Positions 25,261 through 38,985 of a DNA stretch of 64,000 nucleotides are shown piece after piece. The DNA lies in assembly GCA_964247055.1 (NCBI GenBank), contig OZ176060.1, forward strand, positions 1,736,001 to 1,800,000, read 5' to 3'. Position 1 is the stretch's first letter, and each line of letters starts with the position of its first letter. Position numbers and translations under genes: made by a program. A model generated the notes under the pieces. It was not told the DNA's origin. It made no database searches and saw only the letters and a program-made list of their open reading frames with translations. The stretch is from Paragordius varius. Taxonomy: Eukaryota > Animalia > Nematomorpha.

Positions 25261-25843
25261 TTAACACTTCGATTTGGGGTATCTAAATATCCCAGACTAA
25301 ATTTGAGTTAAGATTTTTAAAAAACTACTGAATGAAACGGTGCCAATTTAAATTTATGCTTCTATCCTAATAAAAATTATATAAATATGCCAATATATCT
25401 AAATAAAATTTTGTTTTGAAAAAAAAGTTTCATGTCGAATTCTTTCGACGCCATTATTATTTTATAAATTTGTTGCAAAATATTGTCTTCATTTAATTTT
25501 AAGGGTAATATTAAAGCTAATTTTTTATGTAAATTACATCTCACATTGATAGAAATAGAAAAAGGGGTTTATTTTGGTTTATTATTTAATTTTACAATTT
25601 CACACATGTCACGTCAACAAAATTTTTACGTTTCGGTTTTAGTTTTAAATAAGTAATATCAAGTATTTTTGAATAAAACTTTTTATATATTTCGGTTTAT
25701 TAATGTTATATAGGTGCAAAATTTTGCAATGGTATCGATTCCTTCCAATACTTTAAAAAATTTAATTTTAAACAGGTTCGGGTATTTAACTACCCCAATT
25801 TGAATCGAAGGACTAAAATGAATGCGTTGTACCCAAGTGTTAA
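25261..25843. mobile_element. TTAA-flanked MITE, copy 3
   Basis: TTAACACTT...AAGTGTTAA termini; inverted relative to 8-591. Confidence 0.8.
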
Positions 25844-26284
25844 AACTGCCAGAAATTAATATAAGAACAAAAAATATCATTATGGCTAAAATTTAATATA
25901 TAGTGAAAAAATGCATTTTTCACTCTTTCTTCCTTTAACTCAATAATATTAAAACTACATGAACCGATAAAAATAATTTCGGGCTTGAAGATTTATAAGC
26001 TTCACTTAATTTTTGGTGTTAACTATCTATACCCATTTATTTATTTTTCAACTATTTTAACTTTTTTAAGGTGTTAACTGGAGAGAATTTAAAGGTGTTT
26101 ATTAATTTTTAACTCATAATAAAACCGCTTATTGAATTAATGATATAAATGCATTTTTTCGCTTTTTCCTCCTTTCGATCAATAATCATTCTCTTTATTC
26201 TTTGTCTGTATACTTACAATTAGGCAATCATTACTTACATATCTGATAAAAAAAGGTAATAAATTTTGCCCCAAATTTAATATA

Positions 26285-26358
26285 AAATATAAAAAAGGGC
26301 CCCGTTTCGCCTTGGGCCCCCCGCATTGCTCCCCCTAGCTCCCGGTAGCGCCACTGAT
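26285..26358. mobile_element. Isolated GC-rich hAT-type terminus
   Basis: Ends AGCGCCACTG, the same CAGTGGCG TIR class as 31720, 33307 and 51468; no partner end found nearby. Confidence 0.4.
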
Positions 26359-26449
26359 ATGTGTGTAATATAACATAACTTGAATTATATACTAACTATT
26401 TTGCTTGAAGATGCAATCAACAATAACTACGTATACACAAAGTGTTAAA

Positions 26450-27050
26450 AGTGTTTGCAATTATATAGGTGCGTTTGTGTCCACGAAAGTAGTATTTAAC
26501 TTTACCACTCTTTCCCTGTCCTTGATATCTATCTGTGGGAGTCAGATTCGTGTAGGGTATTGCCGTTCTGAGTGAGTGTCAGTGGTAGGTGCTATGGTGG
26601 GTGTTTGTTGGGATGCAACTTAAATGGGTTTCGAGTTTTGGGCGGAGGTATTTCGGTCGTTGCAGTAAGGTACCTGACATATATGTCATGCGATGGTGGT
26701 TTTCTTTGGACGAAGTTGTCTTTCCCATCATTCTTTCACCTCTTTCCCTTGGTGTCAGTTGATCGGCGTGTTTTCCGATGATTTTGTTATCATCTCGTAT
26801 TATATGAGAGTAATCCGAGTCGTTTATTCAATTCCTTCTCGCCAACCATTCGCTAGTTCATTTTTTATATATACTTTTTCGTTTTCATGGGATTCCTGAT
26901 TCGGTTGTACATCGACTAAGAAGTCTGTTTGTTTATATGACATGTGATTGGATTGGGGGCGGAGTACGTTTTAGGAAAGGTTGTGTGGGACATGTATTTG
27001 TAGCACTGTGTATGTTAGTACGGTATCATTAATGCGTGTTATTTATTTTT
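26450..27050 (-). mobile_element. Possible decayed LINE-like fragment
   Basis: GC-richer, A/C-skewed minus strand similar in composition to the LINE at 45070-46730; no intact motif recognised. Confidence 0.25.
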
Positions 27051-27060
27051 TGATTGTGAG

Positions 27061-28441
27061 TCACAGTCTTCTCCGGCCCGATAATGAGTTTTGAGGGGAT
27101 TTATCACCCTTTCCATTATTCCGTTCGTTTTTGGATGTTAGGGAACTGATGTTACATGTTATAACATGAAATATCAGAACCAATACTATTTTTATATATT
27201 TTTTTAATTTCCAGTTATATAAAAGTTTACAGCGTGTGAAATTTTTGCTGAAATTTCTGTCAAAACATCTAACAAATACTATCATAGTGTGAAGCATTAA
27301 AACAGACGTGTCCGAAACCGAAATTAGTGTAGGATTTCGTATTTGTTCGCGAGCTGTTATCATTATTACATTTGGTAATTGACAGATGCAATAAGATATG
27401 AAGAAAACATGGTTCATCTTTTTTAACGAAAATTAATGGCTCTGTTGGTAATTTATCATTTTTATTGAGTGTTGATAATCTCCTCTCTTCTTTAGTTAAG
27501 CTATTTTGACTGGCTTGGTTTTTTCTAACAGAATCATTCACATTTATAGTACATTTATGTATGATAGCCATAGCTTTAAACTTAAAGTGCAAGCCAAGAT
27601 GTTTTTTACGAGTATTTGAGTCCTATCTCACCAACCCTATCAGATACGTTAGTTTTATGCCATAAAACAGGAATAAATGCGTGAAGAATAGAGAAAAGGG
27701 TCATACGAATTATATCATAATAACCTACCCAATGCAGTACAAATATTTCTCGATCAAAGTAATATACTTTTTCACTTGTTACTGTGTTTTCCTTCAAATC
27801 GGATGATAAAAGAAAAAAGTAATTGTCTTGCTTAACATTTAAAAATGGGCAATTAAATTTCCAACATTTTTCTACGTTATACCAAAAAAGGGCAGTAAAT
27901 GAAAAGGCGATAGCTAGTATACAACTTATCCATGGAATAGAGAGCTTAATTAGCCTATATTTTGCACAGTATTGTTTGTATTGTTGTAAAGGATGGACCA
28001 ACGAGACATACTGGTCCCTTAACATGAATGCTAAAACTATTGTTCCTCCAACTTTCAAGCCATTAGATAACATTAGTGCTGCATAAAGGCTTTTAAGAAG
28101 GTTAGGATTAGCAACAAATGGAGAATCCTTAATTTTCATACATATCTGACGCATTTCATGCACGACACTCAGTATGGAATTCCAGATCAGACTTGTCAAA
28201 TAATAATAAACGACTGACTAGCTGAAAATGTCATATGTCTACTTATTCGTCGCAATATTATGAGGCCTAAGATGCCGACTATGGAGAGGATTGGCCAAAT
28301 TACCACTTGTAAATAAGTATCGAATTGGGAAATTGGCATTTCCAATTGCCAGGAAGGAATTTCGTTCCTACACTTTATAACTAAACCTTGTGTCTCCAAA
28401 CATGAATTATTTTGATTAAATGATATTGACTTGATTACCAT
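27061..28441 (-). CDS. Rhodopsin-class GPCR (FMRFamide/peptide-receptor-like), split over four frames; tiny-intron gene or pseudogene
   Basis: TM1 (LQVVIWPILSIVGILGLIIL), TM3 with LRDQYVSLVHPL (DRY-equivalent plus V.HP), TM4, TM5 (LHAFIP), TM6 (VFFISYCICQLP) and TM7 followed by an RNFSKNF helix-8-like segment, in the correct order across ORFs 28196-28441, 27606-28199, 27269-27592 and 27061-27417. Confidence 0.75.
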
Positions 28442-30230
28442 AATATTTCTGATTAATTTAAACTGAAGAAATTGACTTATTTTATTCCATAAAAGATATC
28501 AGGTAAATATGCTAATTTATAAATAATATTAATCAATCTCTCTCATCGCCAATGACGTAAAATTTATTATTATAAAATAAAATAATATCTATTTTTAATG
28601 CATTACAAATTTGCCGAAAAAAGTTATTAACATTTATAACTTTTTACAGTATTAAACGGCTTTTTATATAACAAATTCCCTCAGAAACACTAACATTTAC
28701 GCCTAAATATTCTAATTCCAATTAGGCTTGTTTTCGAGCCAGCCCTGTTACAAATCAAATAGCATATCTAAAATGGATTTTAAATCATTTCGAAAATCAA
28801 CACTAAGAATATGACATTGATGTAACTAACATATATAAATTTATACTAATGATTTGATATTACTTTACTTTTTATGGAAAAACTTTAAAATTAGAAATGA
28901 CACGAGGGCATAGGAAACCGATTAATAATAAGCAAATGTTATAATAAAGAATTAAGCTGAGAATATAAGTGTTTCTTTGTTGAAAAAAATTGTGCAATCA
29001 AAAAGGCTTCGAGGTAATTAATATAAAACCTTCTCTCAATAATCTAATTAAAGAAAATTTAATATTTAAATTATGTAACCTTATTACGTATTTAAAAAAT
29101 ATCAATTATAAATTGTTGAGATATTCATAAATTACTTTTGTGAGATACAAAGGGGATTCGATATTTTCAATGAATCTAAAATGTTTGGGGGGAGCGAGTG
29201 TGGGGGAATTTAAGGTGATGGATATTATATAAAATATAATATCATAAAGCAAACTCATTTAATGAGTGCGCAATATTGCAGTTACAAACAATGAAAAAAT
29301 GCAATAAATAATTTGCTGTCTAAACATATATAGTTTGCATATATACCGTTTGCACTTCAAGAGTGTCCTTGAACATTTCCAGAGTCTCGTTAATCACTTC
29401 TAGTTGGTCCTTATTTTAAATTGGACATCCAACTTTTTTAAAACGTTTATATCTTTTATCTATCAAACCGTAGATCATTAATATATTTTATTTTTAAGCT
29501 ATTCTCTTGATTTGAACACACTTTTAAATATCAACTTCTAATTTTGTAAAAACTGTATCTTTATTAGTTCTTAAAATATATATTAATCTTATTAATATTT
29601 CAGCATGTAATTATAAAAGTTTGGGTTATTACAATTTTTCTTCAAAACATTAATAAATGAATGATATGGTTGAATTGCAAAAAATAAGTTTGAAACAAAA
29701 AATTGGTTCAAATAAATAATATTAATTTTAAATGAATTGGAAATTATAAATATATAAATACATGCAAAATTTATGTAAACTTAACAATTTTAAGGACCAA
29801 TTGTAGAAAAGGATAATTTTGAAGTGCAAATAGTACATCTAAGTAAATTTAAATAAAAGTAAAAATTTTATTTTCAGTTCAACTGACCGGCAACTTTTGC
29901 TATCCAAAAAATTAAAATCTATTATATATTATATTAAAGAGTTGATCAGTTTAATCTATTACGCTGTATACTACGTCCAAAAGTTCATTATGAGGTCGAG
30001 CGAAGAGAAGCTATTAAATTTATACCATTAAAAAGCAAAGGTAAAAAATATTTTTTAAAGAAATTCATAATCATACTTTTCATTTAACCTCTTGTTCTCG
30101 GTCGCGAAATAATAGAGATTTTGTAAAACTTTCTAATTATACGTTTTACTAATCAATTGGGTTATAAAATTTTTAGCCCATTGAAGCTTTAGCAGTGTGA
30201 TGTATTTAAGATAAATAAGTATAAATAAAA

Positions 30231-30495
30231 TACAGTAAAAATGGAAATTGAACGGACAAAACGGAAAAAATAAGGACAAATTTAAAGACAATTATGCGCC
30301 TAAATTTATCCTATAAATATCATTTATTTACAATTGTAAAATATATAATTGGTAATGTTATCAATGTATATCTCTATTTCGTATTTTGCAATTGAAAACA
30401 ATCAGTTTTTTTAAAAAATAAGATTTAAAAAATATGGTCGTCTTTTGGAAAAGAATATTTGTCTTTTTGTCCGTATAATTTAAATTTTTACTGTA
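30231..30495. mobile_element. Tc1/mariner-type MITE (TA-CAGT family)
   Basis: TACAGTAAAAAT...ATTTTTACTGTA termini with long TIRs; similar to 10935-11187. Confidence 0.75.
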
Positions 30496-31329
30496 CTTTT
30501 TAGGAAAAAGGTTAGTTGATGCTGAATCCATGTTGTATAAAACAAAGAAAGTTTTTATTCCTAAACAGTTATGCGTTTCAATAAAAAAGTGGCACATTCA
30601 TACTGAACTGTCTGTAATTGAAACAGATGGGCTATTTCCAACACACTTTCCACATTCGATTCGATAATATTCAATTATTAGAGTATATAAATTCTGGAAT
30701 TATTAGATATACGATTAAAATTAAAGGACGTATAATAGATTCATAACGAGAAAATTAATAAAATTCGGGATTTCGCATAATGTTTTCTTTCTGTTAAATA
30801 ATTTAATCATATTTATTGAGGCTATTTTCTAGATACCACATGTCATTTAATGTAAAATTTAATCATAAGAAAATGGCCTTTGGCATGTATTAAATGATAA
30901 AGTCCATTAAGCTAAACGCAAAAATTCTGATATTGCGTAATAAGAAATATAAATATGTGTTAAAAAAGATCTCAGATAACACCGCTGAAAGGTGGCGATT
31001 TAAAGACATATGTAAAAACTTAAAGCCACATATTTTCTTAGACATCCATGTTCTTTAAACTTTGATTTTCCATATATATAATTCACTTTAAAAATATATT
31101 ATTGATTGTGATACCAATTTATTTCTCTATAGCTTATTTTTCTAATTAGAAAATCAATGAATTAAGTTTCCTTTTAATTTTTACGGTAGTTTAATCGATA
31201 CATTACTTATTATATATAAAAAAGGGCACAAATAGTACGCACGCAAATAAGAGAACGGCTTTTGGAACAAACAACACTTGATACCAAGGGTCTGTGTCAC
31301 TTATTAATCATCATAATACTAAGTAATAT

Positions 31330-31480
31330 CTCAAAAAACATTTCTAACAAACGGCCCTCGAAATTATTTTTGCGGATGGCATCTTTAAATTTGCACCATG
31401 AACTATAATACAAATAAATGATAAAATCCGTCCACTTATGCGCATATTTTTGCACATATCATCCAAATACCGTCATGGAT
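31330..31480 (+). mobile_element. Possible Mutator (MULE) transposase remnant
   Basis: Plus strand reads FADGIFKFAP, resembling the MULE DGTFK..P motif; otherwise decayed. Confidence 0.35.
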
Positions 31481-31719
31481 TTTCTTTAGATATAAGGTAA
31501 AATACCATTATAGAAAATTGTATATATACTCTAAAATGCATTATCATTTTCAAACACTAACTCTATGATCTAACCTAACACATAACATTGGTACCCAAGA
31601 GAATTCCGAACGAAAATGACGACGCGAATTGCCAATCTCGCCAAACTATGCATTAAGAAATATAATGATAATAAGTTTGAGGAATACGTTGATTATATGA
31701 CAAATGTTATGGGAACTAA

Positions 31720-33307
31720 CAGTGGCGTACCGAGCATTTGCGGCGCTCGAGGCATTAAACTATTGTGTAGTCCCCCTTCCCTCTCCTCTTTTTGAAAGCC
31801 AATAACAATTTTAAAAAATACAAACTTTGCAACTAGGTCCCAAGTTGAACGTGAAAAAAAAGCTAGATATTTTCAATTATTCCGAAACTGGTCACAACAA
31901 TAACATAATGTTTTGCTACCGTAACTCCTACTAAATTCAAGGAATTTGTCATAGTTGACAAATATTGCTCTTTTATTCCAGAATTCTTTGTTAAACGCCT
32001 GAAATGTGGACATCACAGTTGCATTATCATTGCATTAAGATCTACAATTTGATAACTGAATATTATCCATATTTCGATTTTTTATAATGACCTTTTCAAT
32101 TGACATTGCATCTTTGAATAACTGAAAAAAACCCAAAAGGATTCTTTTATGATCATGATCAATGCATACCTTACAACTTAAGAAATTTGTTCTCGGTGGG
32201 CTATATCCCGCGTTAAATGAAATATAAGTCCATTATATTTACTTTTTTTTATGTCATCGATCAATTTACCTTTAACTGTTGAAACTAAAAGATGTATAAA
32301 CTTGTTTAGGATTTTGGGTAAAACATAGGATAAAGTGGTCGGAGATTCTGTGTTTCTCATGCGTTCTCCCATTATTGGGTCAAACTGAGCTACAAGTTTT
32401 AGTAAAGATAAGAGGTTTCTATGATTCGGTGCTGAGTCATTTAGTTACATTAAACTTTTAACATGTGCTTGAGAATGGAGATTTTGGGTGATTAGAAATT
32501 TCATGCAGGCCAGTTTTCGATATAAAATATTTCGCCATCGATCCTTCCGATTGTATGTGAGCTTCTAGAGCAGAATCAATTCTTGTTTAATTTATCAGTC
32601 GTCTTTCGGCCTCTTTCAAATGCTTTCCCATGATTGAGGCTATTTTCATGATGGATTAATCTATCTTTTATCCTCCATTTATTTAAATCATGCGTAGTTA
32701 TAAGAGATGATAAAGAATTAGATCTAAAAAGTAGGCAACAAAAAGAATACACAGATTTATTCTTTGATAAAAGCCAATACCTCTCAATTTTAAATCCTTC
32801 TTTTTTACTGACACGTCGAAAAAAAAACCAAGATTGGGGCATCGAACGATAATTTTGTGCGTTTCAAAAAGATTGCATTTATTTAAATCCTTAATATCCA
32901 CGAATAAATCTTTCTGGGAGTTGATTAGATATTAGGGGAACATAATTATTAATAAATTTTAGAAAGGCGACATCATCAAACTCTATAGGTATAGCGCTTG
33001 GAATTACTAATGGTATATTTGTAGTTTTCTCATCTATTTATTGGACATATCTAGGGTTTCTGGTGTATTCAAGTAATTATATTAAACCGTTATATTTGTG
33101 TCGTATACACTTTTTCAATGTTAGGGCCAGATATTTTCGTTAAAGATTTCATATTCATTCGCATTTTATTTGTTTTTTATTCTCTTCCCGGATTTTTTGT
33201 TTATTTGCTAAACGCTGAGTTTAGGCATTGATATTTGATAAAAATGAAAGTAATAGGCATCCGGGGCATGATGCACCCCCTTGTCCCTCCCCATCAATAC
33301 GCCACTG
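31720..33307 (-). mobile_element. hAT (Tip100/ZMYM1-like) element, internally deleted
   Basis: TIRs CAGTGGCGTA / TACGCCACTG. ORF 32576-32842 is TTF-zinc-finger-like (RYWLLSKNKSVYSFCCLLF..WR..L..HENS..H); ORF 32178-32372 is DUF4371-like (IKKSKY..LI..T.DIAHREQIS). No matching TSD seen. Confidence 0.75.
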
Positions 33308-33309
33308 TC

Positions 33310-35040
33310 CGAACAGGTCGTTTCAACTGCCACCTGACTACGTGTTTCACTATCAAGTGAATTATAAAGTTCATAAAATTTTCCTCCATGTCAACCCTCT
33401 TCAGCAAACGCATGACGTGCTTCCTATCCAGTTAATCAAAAGCCTTAGTTATATCCAGATAGCCCAGGTAAAGAAGTGTTTATAGCGTTTGCTTTTCTCG
33501 ATGGAAAACACCAAAGAACAGAATAGGTCCATTGTTCATCTACCCCGCCTAAAACCACAGATTGCATGATGCAGTTCATCATCAAAGGACTGAAGTCTAG
33601 ACAGGGCAATGTTGGCCAATACTTTGTACACTGTGTTCACGAGGTATAATCTTTAGGAATGGCTGGGTTCCTGCTTTGCAATATTAATTAACTCATATTA
33701 CACCCTTTCCTCCGACAATATACAGGCAGGACGTTGTCGGTGCACCAATCAATTTCTTTTTTCCAAACATCAGCTGCGCTGTGGTCTGGTCCTGTACATT
33801 TATATCGGAAGAATTCCTACCCAGTCGAAAGGACCCTACATCAAATTGCACTGAGAATGGTGGTCATTGATAACGTCATCCTGGGCCGCTCTATTATCCC
33901 CCAACAAATCATTGTAATGGCGGTGCAGACATACCACGTTCTTTTGAGCCTGCCATGAGAATGCAGACTAGTGCAGGGCCTGGGCCGTCGAAGCAGGAAG
34001 CAAATCATTGAAAAATGTTTCCTTCAGTGCTTCTCATTAGCTGCCAGCCTAGAAAAATATCGTAAAGCAAACGCTTTCCTGTTGCGTTTCAAACGATTCA
34101 CATTAGCATTGATCCATGCTCTGCGGCAACTCGTGTAACACTTACTCCGTATCGCATAAGGAAATTGTTTAGTCCCCGCAGATAACCAATCCTCGTAGAC
34201 AGCATGCCTTTGCCTGTTGGAAGTGAGTTCACCAAGCACTGTGGTTCATTTAATTTTGGACCTTTTAAGAGGCGCGGAGGAATCTATTTCACCTGTAATT
34301 CAGCGCAGATCAAGAGATGATGGCTAATTAGGTCGTTGTTGATTAAGCAACCAACATTCTTAACCATCGACACGTCTTTCTCTCGCACAATGACGAAATA
34401 AATTTGGGAAGGGCACACATTTCTTGCAATTTTTGTGTACAGACCATGTTGGCCATTCGGAAAAAAAGTGTTGCCAATCAGTAGACCTCGGTCATCTCAA
34501 AAGAATGCAAGAAGTTTACCAGCCTTGGTGGAAGCAGTTAGAGTGTCTTCCAATAGACCACGAAGATATGTTTCTTCTCACTCTGCACTTCATATGACCA
34601 AATATCAGAAGCCGATTTAGTGCCCGAACCGAATGTAGAATTGATTCTAAATCGTTTAAAAATTCAGCATACTCCGAGACATCATATGGGCCGTGGGCAC
34701 TAATAAGCGTATAGTGTTTAGTATTAATGTTTATTTGGAGCTCGGCCAATTTGTGAGAATGCGGTACCTAATTAATAACCCGTCGCAGAATATTGCGCCT
34801 TTCCAAGAACCCAACTCCTCCAGACATATAATTTGCTTTGCTGCTAAAGAGAGTGGAGTGCTGACCAAATATTTGGCGATCATCGAGGTGCAGCGAGTTT
34901 CCTGAAGGCGTCCAAATCATTCTTACCTCCGCCAAATGCCAGAAATAATCCAAGAGCCAAACTTGAGGAGATATGGGGTAGGCATATAAATACAGAAGCG
35001 GAGCAAATAATAAAATTAAATAGTTCGATATATGATGCAA
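33310..35040 (-). mobile_element. Decayed non-LTR retrotransposon (APE + RT fragments), truncated by the hAT
   Basis: ORF 34516-34749 is APE-like (YTLISAHGP..LLIFG). The minus strand near 33430-33620 reads CGFRRGR.TMDLF..IEKSK...KAFD.LDR (RT motifs) through stops and frameshifts. Confidence 0.7.
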
Positions 35041-35279
35041 TATAGTTGATTCAGTAAAAGACGTGATACACTCATAAACAAGTTTTGAGTTGTGGTAACA
35101 TTTTTTTAATTATCAAGTAATAAATTTTTGGATTCTTCTAATGGCCATTTGACACCTTATCTTACATTATTCTTTGAGTTATTTAATGAATATATATTTT
35201 TTTAAGTCAAGTCATCACAGAAAATATTGATGTATATCGTCAACTTGAAGAACATAATTTAGATTTTAAATAAAATCAT

Positions 35280-38200
35280 CTGACGCAACTTCAAAAACGA
35301 AAAATTTTTAATTAATTTTATATCAAAATTATTATTATTTATACCAATTATTATAATTATCTATTGTTATCTATTTATTTTCAGTTTATTCTATCTTTTT
35401 TCAGTTTTTCTCATTCATTCAAAAAATGCACGATACCTTTATAATATATTCCGAATCAAAATTCTTAGGATTTGTTTTTATTTTTATTTCATTTTTATTT
35501 ATTGATATATATTTATGTATGTTTTAATTATTATTATTATTTTTGGTTAAAATTTTGATTCTTTTTTAGTTGCATTTACATATTAGTTACTATATATTTT
35601 AGTGTTTATTTTCATCTATATTATTCTTCTAATTTATTGTATTTTTGTTTAGTGTTTTTTGTAAGGCGTGCAGGCCAGACCCGGCCAGTCGCTGCACGGA
35701 GGTAGGGGCCAATAGGGATAAGGAAGGTTGTAGAATGTGTTTTGCCAGTATAAATGTTGGTTCGTTAAAAAGTAAGTTATATGATTTAGTTGAAACTATG
35801 AGGGTAAAAAAAGTAAATTTTTTGTGCATTCAGGAGACCAGATACCGTGGAAATGGTACTAAGACGTTAGAGGGTAATTATAAATTGTTTTATTCAGGTT
35901 CTACGGATGGTTACAGTGGGCTCGCCATAATAGTGTGCCCAAGATTTGCCAATCAAGTAATTGAGGTTAGACGTGCTGACAGTAGAATTATAAGTGTCGA
36001 CCTATTGTTAAATAAGAGGGTTTTTACTATCTTTAGCGTTTATGCCCCCCAGATAGGGTTAACTAAACCGGAGAAAGATAAATTTTATGATTTGTTAGAC
36101 ACAGAAATGACTTCATTAACCAAAGACAGAGAAATTATTTGTGGTGATTTCAATGGGCACGTGGGACAAAATAGGAGAGGTTTTAAGCTTTGGCACGGCG
36201 GAAAAGGTTACGGGGTTATAAATGAAGAAGGAGCTAGTTTATTAAGATTTGCCCAATCTTATAACTTTCCTATAACAAATACTTCTTTTAAAAGGGATAG
36301 CCACTTCATTACCTACGAAAGTGGAAATAAGAAGTCACAAATCGATTATATTGTAGTACCACGAAAGTCTTTAAAGTTTGTTTTGGATTGCAAAGTGATA
36401 CCTAACCTGCAGATTAGCACACAACACAATTTAATTATGTGTAAATATATGACAGATATACCAATAAATGCCAAAAAGCCTAAGCTTATAGCGCCAAAGG
36501 TAATTAAATGGGATTCTCTAAGAAACAGTAAAGAAAGATTTGTAGAAACGGTAGGCATACTAGACAGGAACAGTGATCCAGAAAGTGTTTGGTCTCAGGT
36601 GGCAAAAAAATAAGAGAGGCGGGAGTTAAGGTGTGCGGAATGAAAGGTGGCAGAAACCAGGTTTATAGAGAGGCATGGCTGAATTCTGAAATCGCGAGAG
36701 AAAAGAAAAGCTTTTAAAATGTGGAGGTTTACCCACCAAGCAGAAGACAAGGAAAAATATGAAAGGATTAATAAGGAACTTAAAGGCTTGTAAGATTGGT
36801 CAAAAAAGAAAAGACGGCATCATTTGACGAGTTAAACAATAAGCAAGGTCTAAACAAAGTTTTTAAAATTGCTCGACAAAGACATAGAAGAAAGCTGTTG
36901 CCCCCTTACGCGACAGCTATTAAAGATAAAAACGGCAAATTACTCGTTGAGGAAGCGAAAATATTGAAAAGGTGGAAAGAATATTTCCAGGACCTTGAAT
37001 TGGGCGTCAGTGAAACAAGTTTACCCGAAACATCAGATTATAAATCTGCGCATATTGAAAGTATAACAAAAGAAGAAGTCCAGGCTAGTTTAGAAGAGAT
37101 GTCAATAAATAAGGCTGCAGGTCCAGACGATATTAACATAAACTGTTGGAAAATATTGTCAGAGAAAGGTATTGAATTTTTAGCGGATATTTTTAATAAG
37201 GTAGTTACTACAGGTATGATACCAACCGAATGGAAGGAGAGTTTCACTGTTCCCATTTTCAAGGGTAAAGGAGATATTAATGATTGTAATAATTACAGAG
37301 GGATAAGAAGGATGTCGCATACAATGAAGTTATTTGAGAAAGTACTAGAGAAAAGAATAAGAAAAATGGTTAGTATAGAGGGTAATCAATTTGGTTTTAT
37401 TCCAGGAAAATCCACCATTGATCCGATTCACGCAGTGAGAAGGCTAATCGAGAAGCATATAGAAATGAAAAATGAGTTGCATGGTATTTGTATTGATATT
37501 GAAAAGGCATTTGACATAATACCTCGGAGCACAATATGGTGGAGCTTAAGACGGAAAAAGGTCCCTGAAAGTTACATAAAGATTTTAAAAAACATGTACG
37601 AATCACACCAAACCAAAATTAAAACACACCAGGGAATATCAGGTCCTATTAAAATAAACGAAGGGGTATCAGGGGTCTGCAATCAGCCCGTTACTATTTA
37701 TAATATGCATGGACGAAATTTCAAAAGAAGTAGGGCAACATGATGGCTGGTATTTTCTTTATGCAGACGACCTAATAGTGCTGTCCGACGAGTTGCATGA
37801 ATAAAAGAATTGGTGGGTAAATGAATCGATGTGTTACGACGATGCGGATTAAAAGTTAATAAAAAGAAAACGGAACTAAATTTTGGCGGGAAAAAACGAG
37901 AAATAGAATCGGAAGAAGGGTGGGTATTAAAAGGTCAGAAGGAATGCAAATATTTAGGAAGATATTAGCAGCAGATGGTTCTTTAACACTTGATATTCAT
38001 TTAAGAATTCGAAATAGTTGGGCAAATTATAAAAACTCAAGTTTTTTGTGCGACAAAAATATTGACCTAAAAGTAAAGAAGATTTACAGTGCTGTTGTAC
38101 AACCAACAATGATGTACAACTCACAGACATGGGCAATAAAGAAATCAGAATAGAGGCACTTTGAGGTTACTGAAATGAGAATGCTTAGATTGATGTGCGG

Positions 38201-38525
38201 TGTAACGAGGAATGACAAGGTGAAGAATGTCTACATAAGAGGAAGTAGGGAAATCAAACCGGTAACGCAAAAGATGATGGTAAATCGTTTAAGAGGTTCG
38301 GACATGTGAAAGAAGAGATAAAAATTACATTGGTAAAAAGATTGATGATTATATTGTGAAAGGCAAGAGGGGAAAAGGGCGCCCTAAAACGCGATGGATA
38401 GATACAGTTAAGAGGGACATGGCAAAACTGAACCTAAAATGCGAAGACGCCTTAGACAGGGTTCTATGGCGAAACAGTTTACGGATATGACCGCTCGAAA
38501 GAGTGATATCATATAATGTAATTAT
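35280..38525 (+). mobile_element. Near full-length RTE-clade LINE (APE endonuclease + reverse transcriptase), frameshifted
   Basis: ORF 35645-36613 is APE (SINVGSL, LCIQETR, VYAPQ, GDFNGHVG, SQIDYI); ORF 36796-37743 is RT (KAAGPDD, NYRGI, QFGFIPGKST, IDIEKAFD); YADD at ~37760 in another frame. T-rich 5' UTR, short repeat 3' tail, TSD-like taaaatcat/tataatcat. Confidence 0.92.
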
Positions 38526-38985
38526 TATAATCATGGTGTACCAATTATGTCAATTAACAAATTTTGTAATATAATGATTATTATTCATAGTTATTTAAAA
38601 GTCTATGTGCCCTAGTGCCGTTTTGATGAATGCTAATCTTATAATATGGGGTTTCTGGTAATTTTAATATTGATCGAGTGTTTAATTTGGGATTTCAAGC
38701 TCTGTTATAAGTGTACTTATAACACATTTTGTGACGGGTGATGATGTTATTAATAAATGAGATAGAGATTTGTATGAGTAGACTTTCGGAATACGAATAC
38801 TAAATATTAGTTTTGAACTTGGTGAATTGAATATGGAAATAATTGACAATTTATTGAATTTTATACAAAAAGTTAGTGAGTTAACCTATATTAACTAAAA
38901 ATACGATTAATTTTTATATTTTATCGCATTCATAGTTAATATAATTATTTATACTTCAAATATTTTTAGGTTTCGTCAATATCAA

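Noticed and set aside
27061-27110. QNSL...RRL occurs both in the GPCR C-tail and in its third intracellular loop
   Set aside because: The similarity is short with no clear nucleotide-level repeat; probably coincidence.
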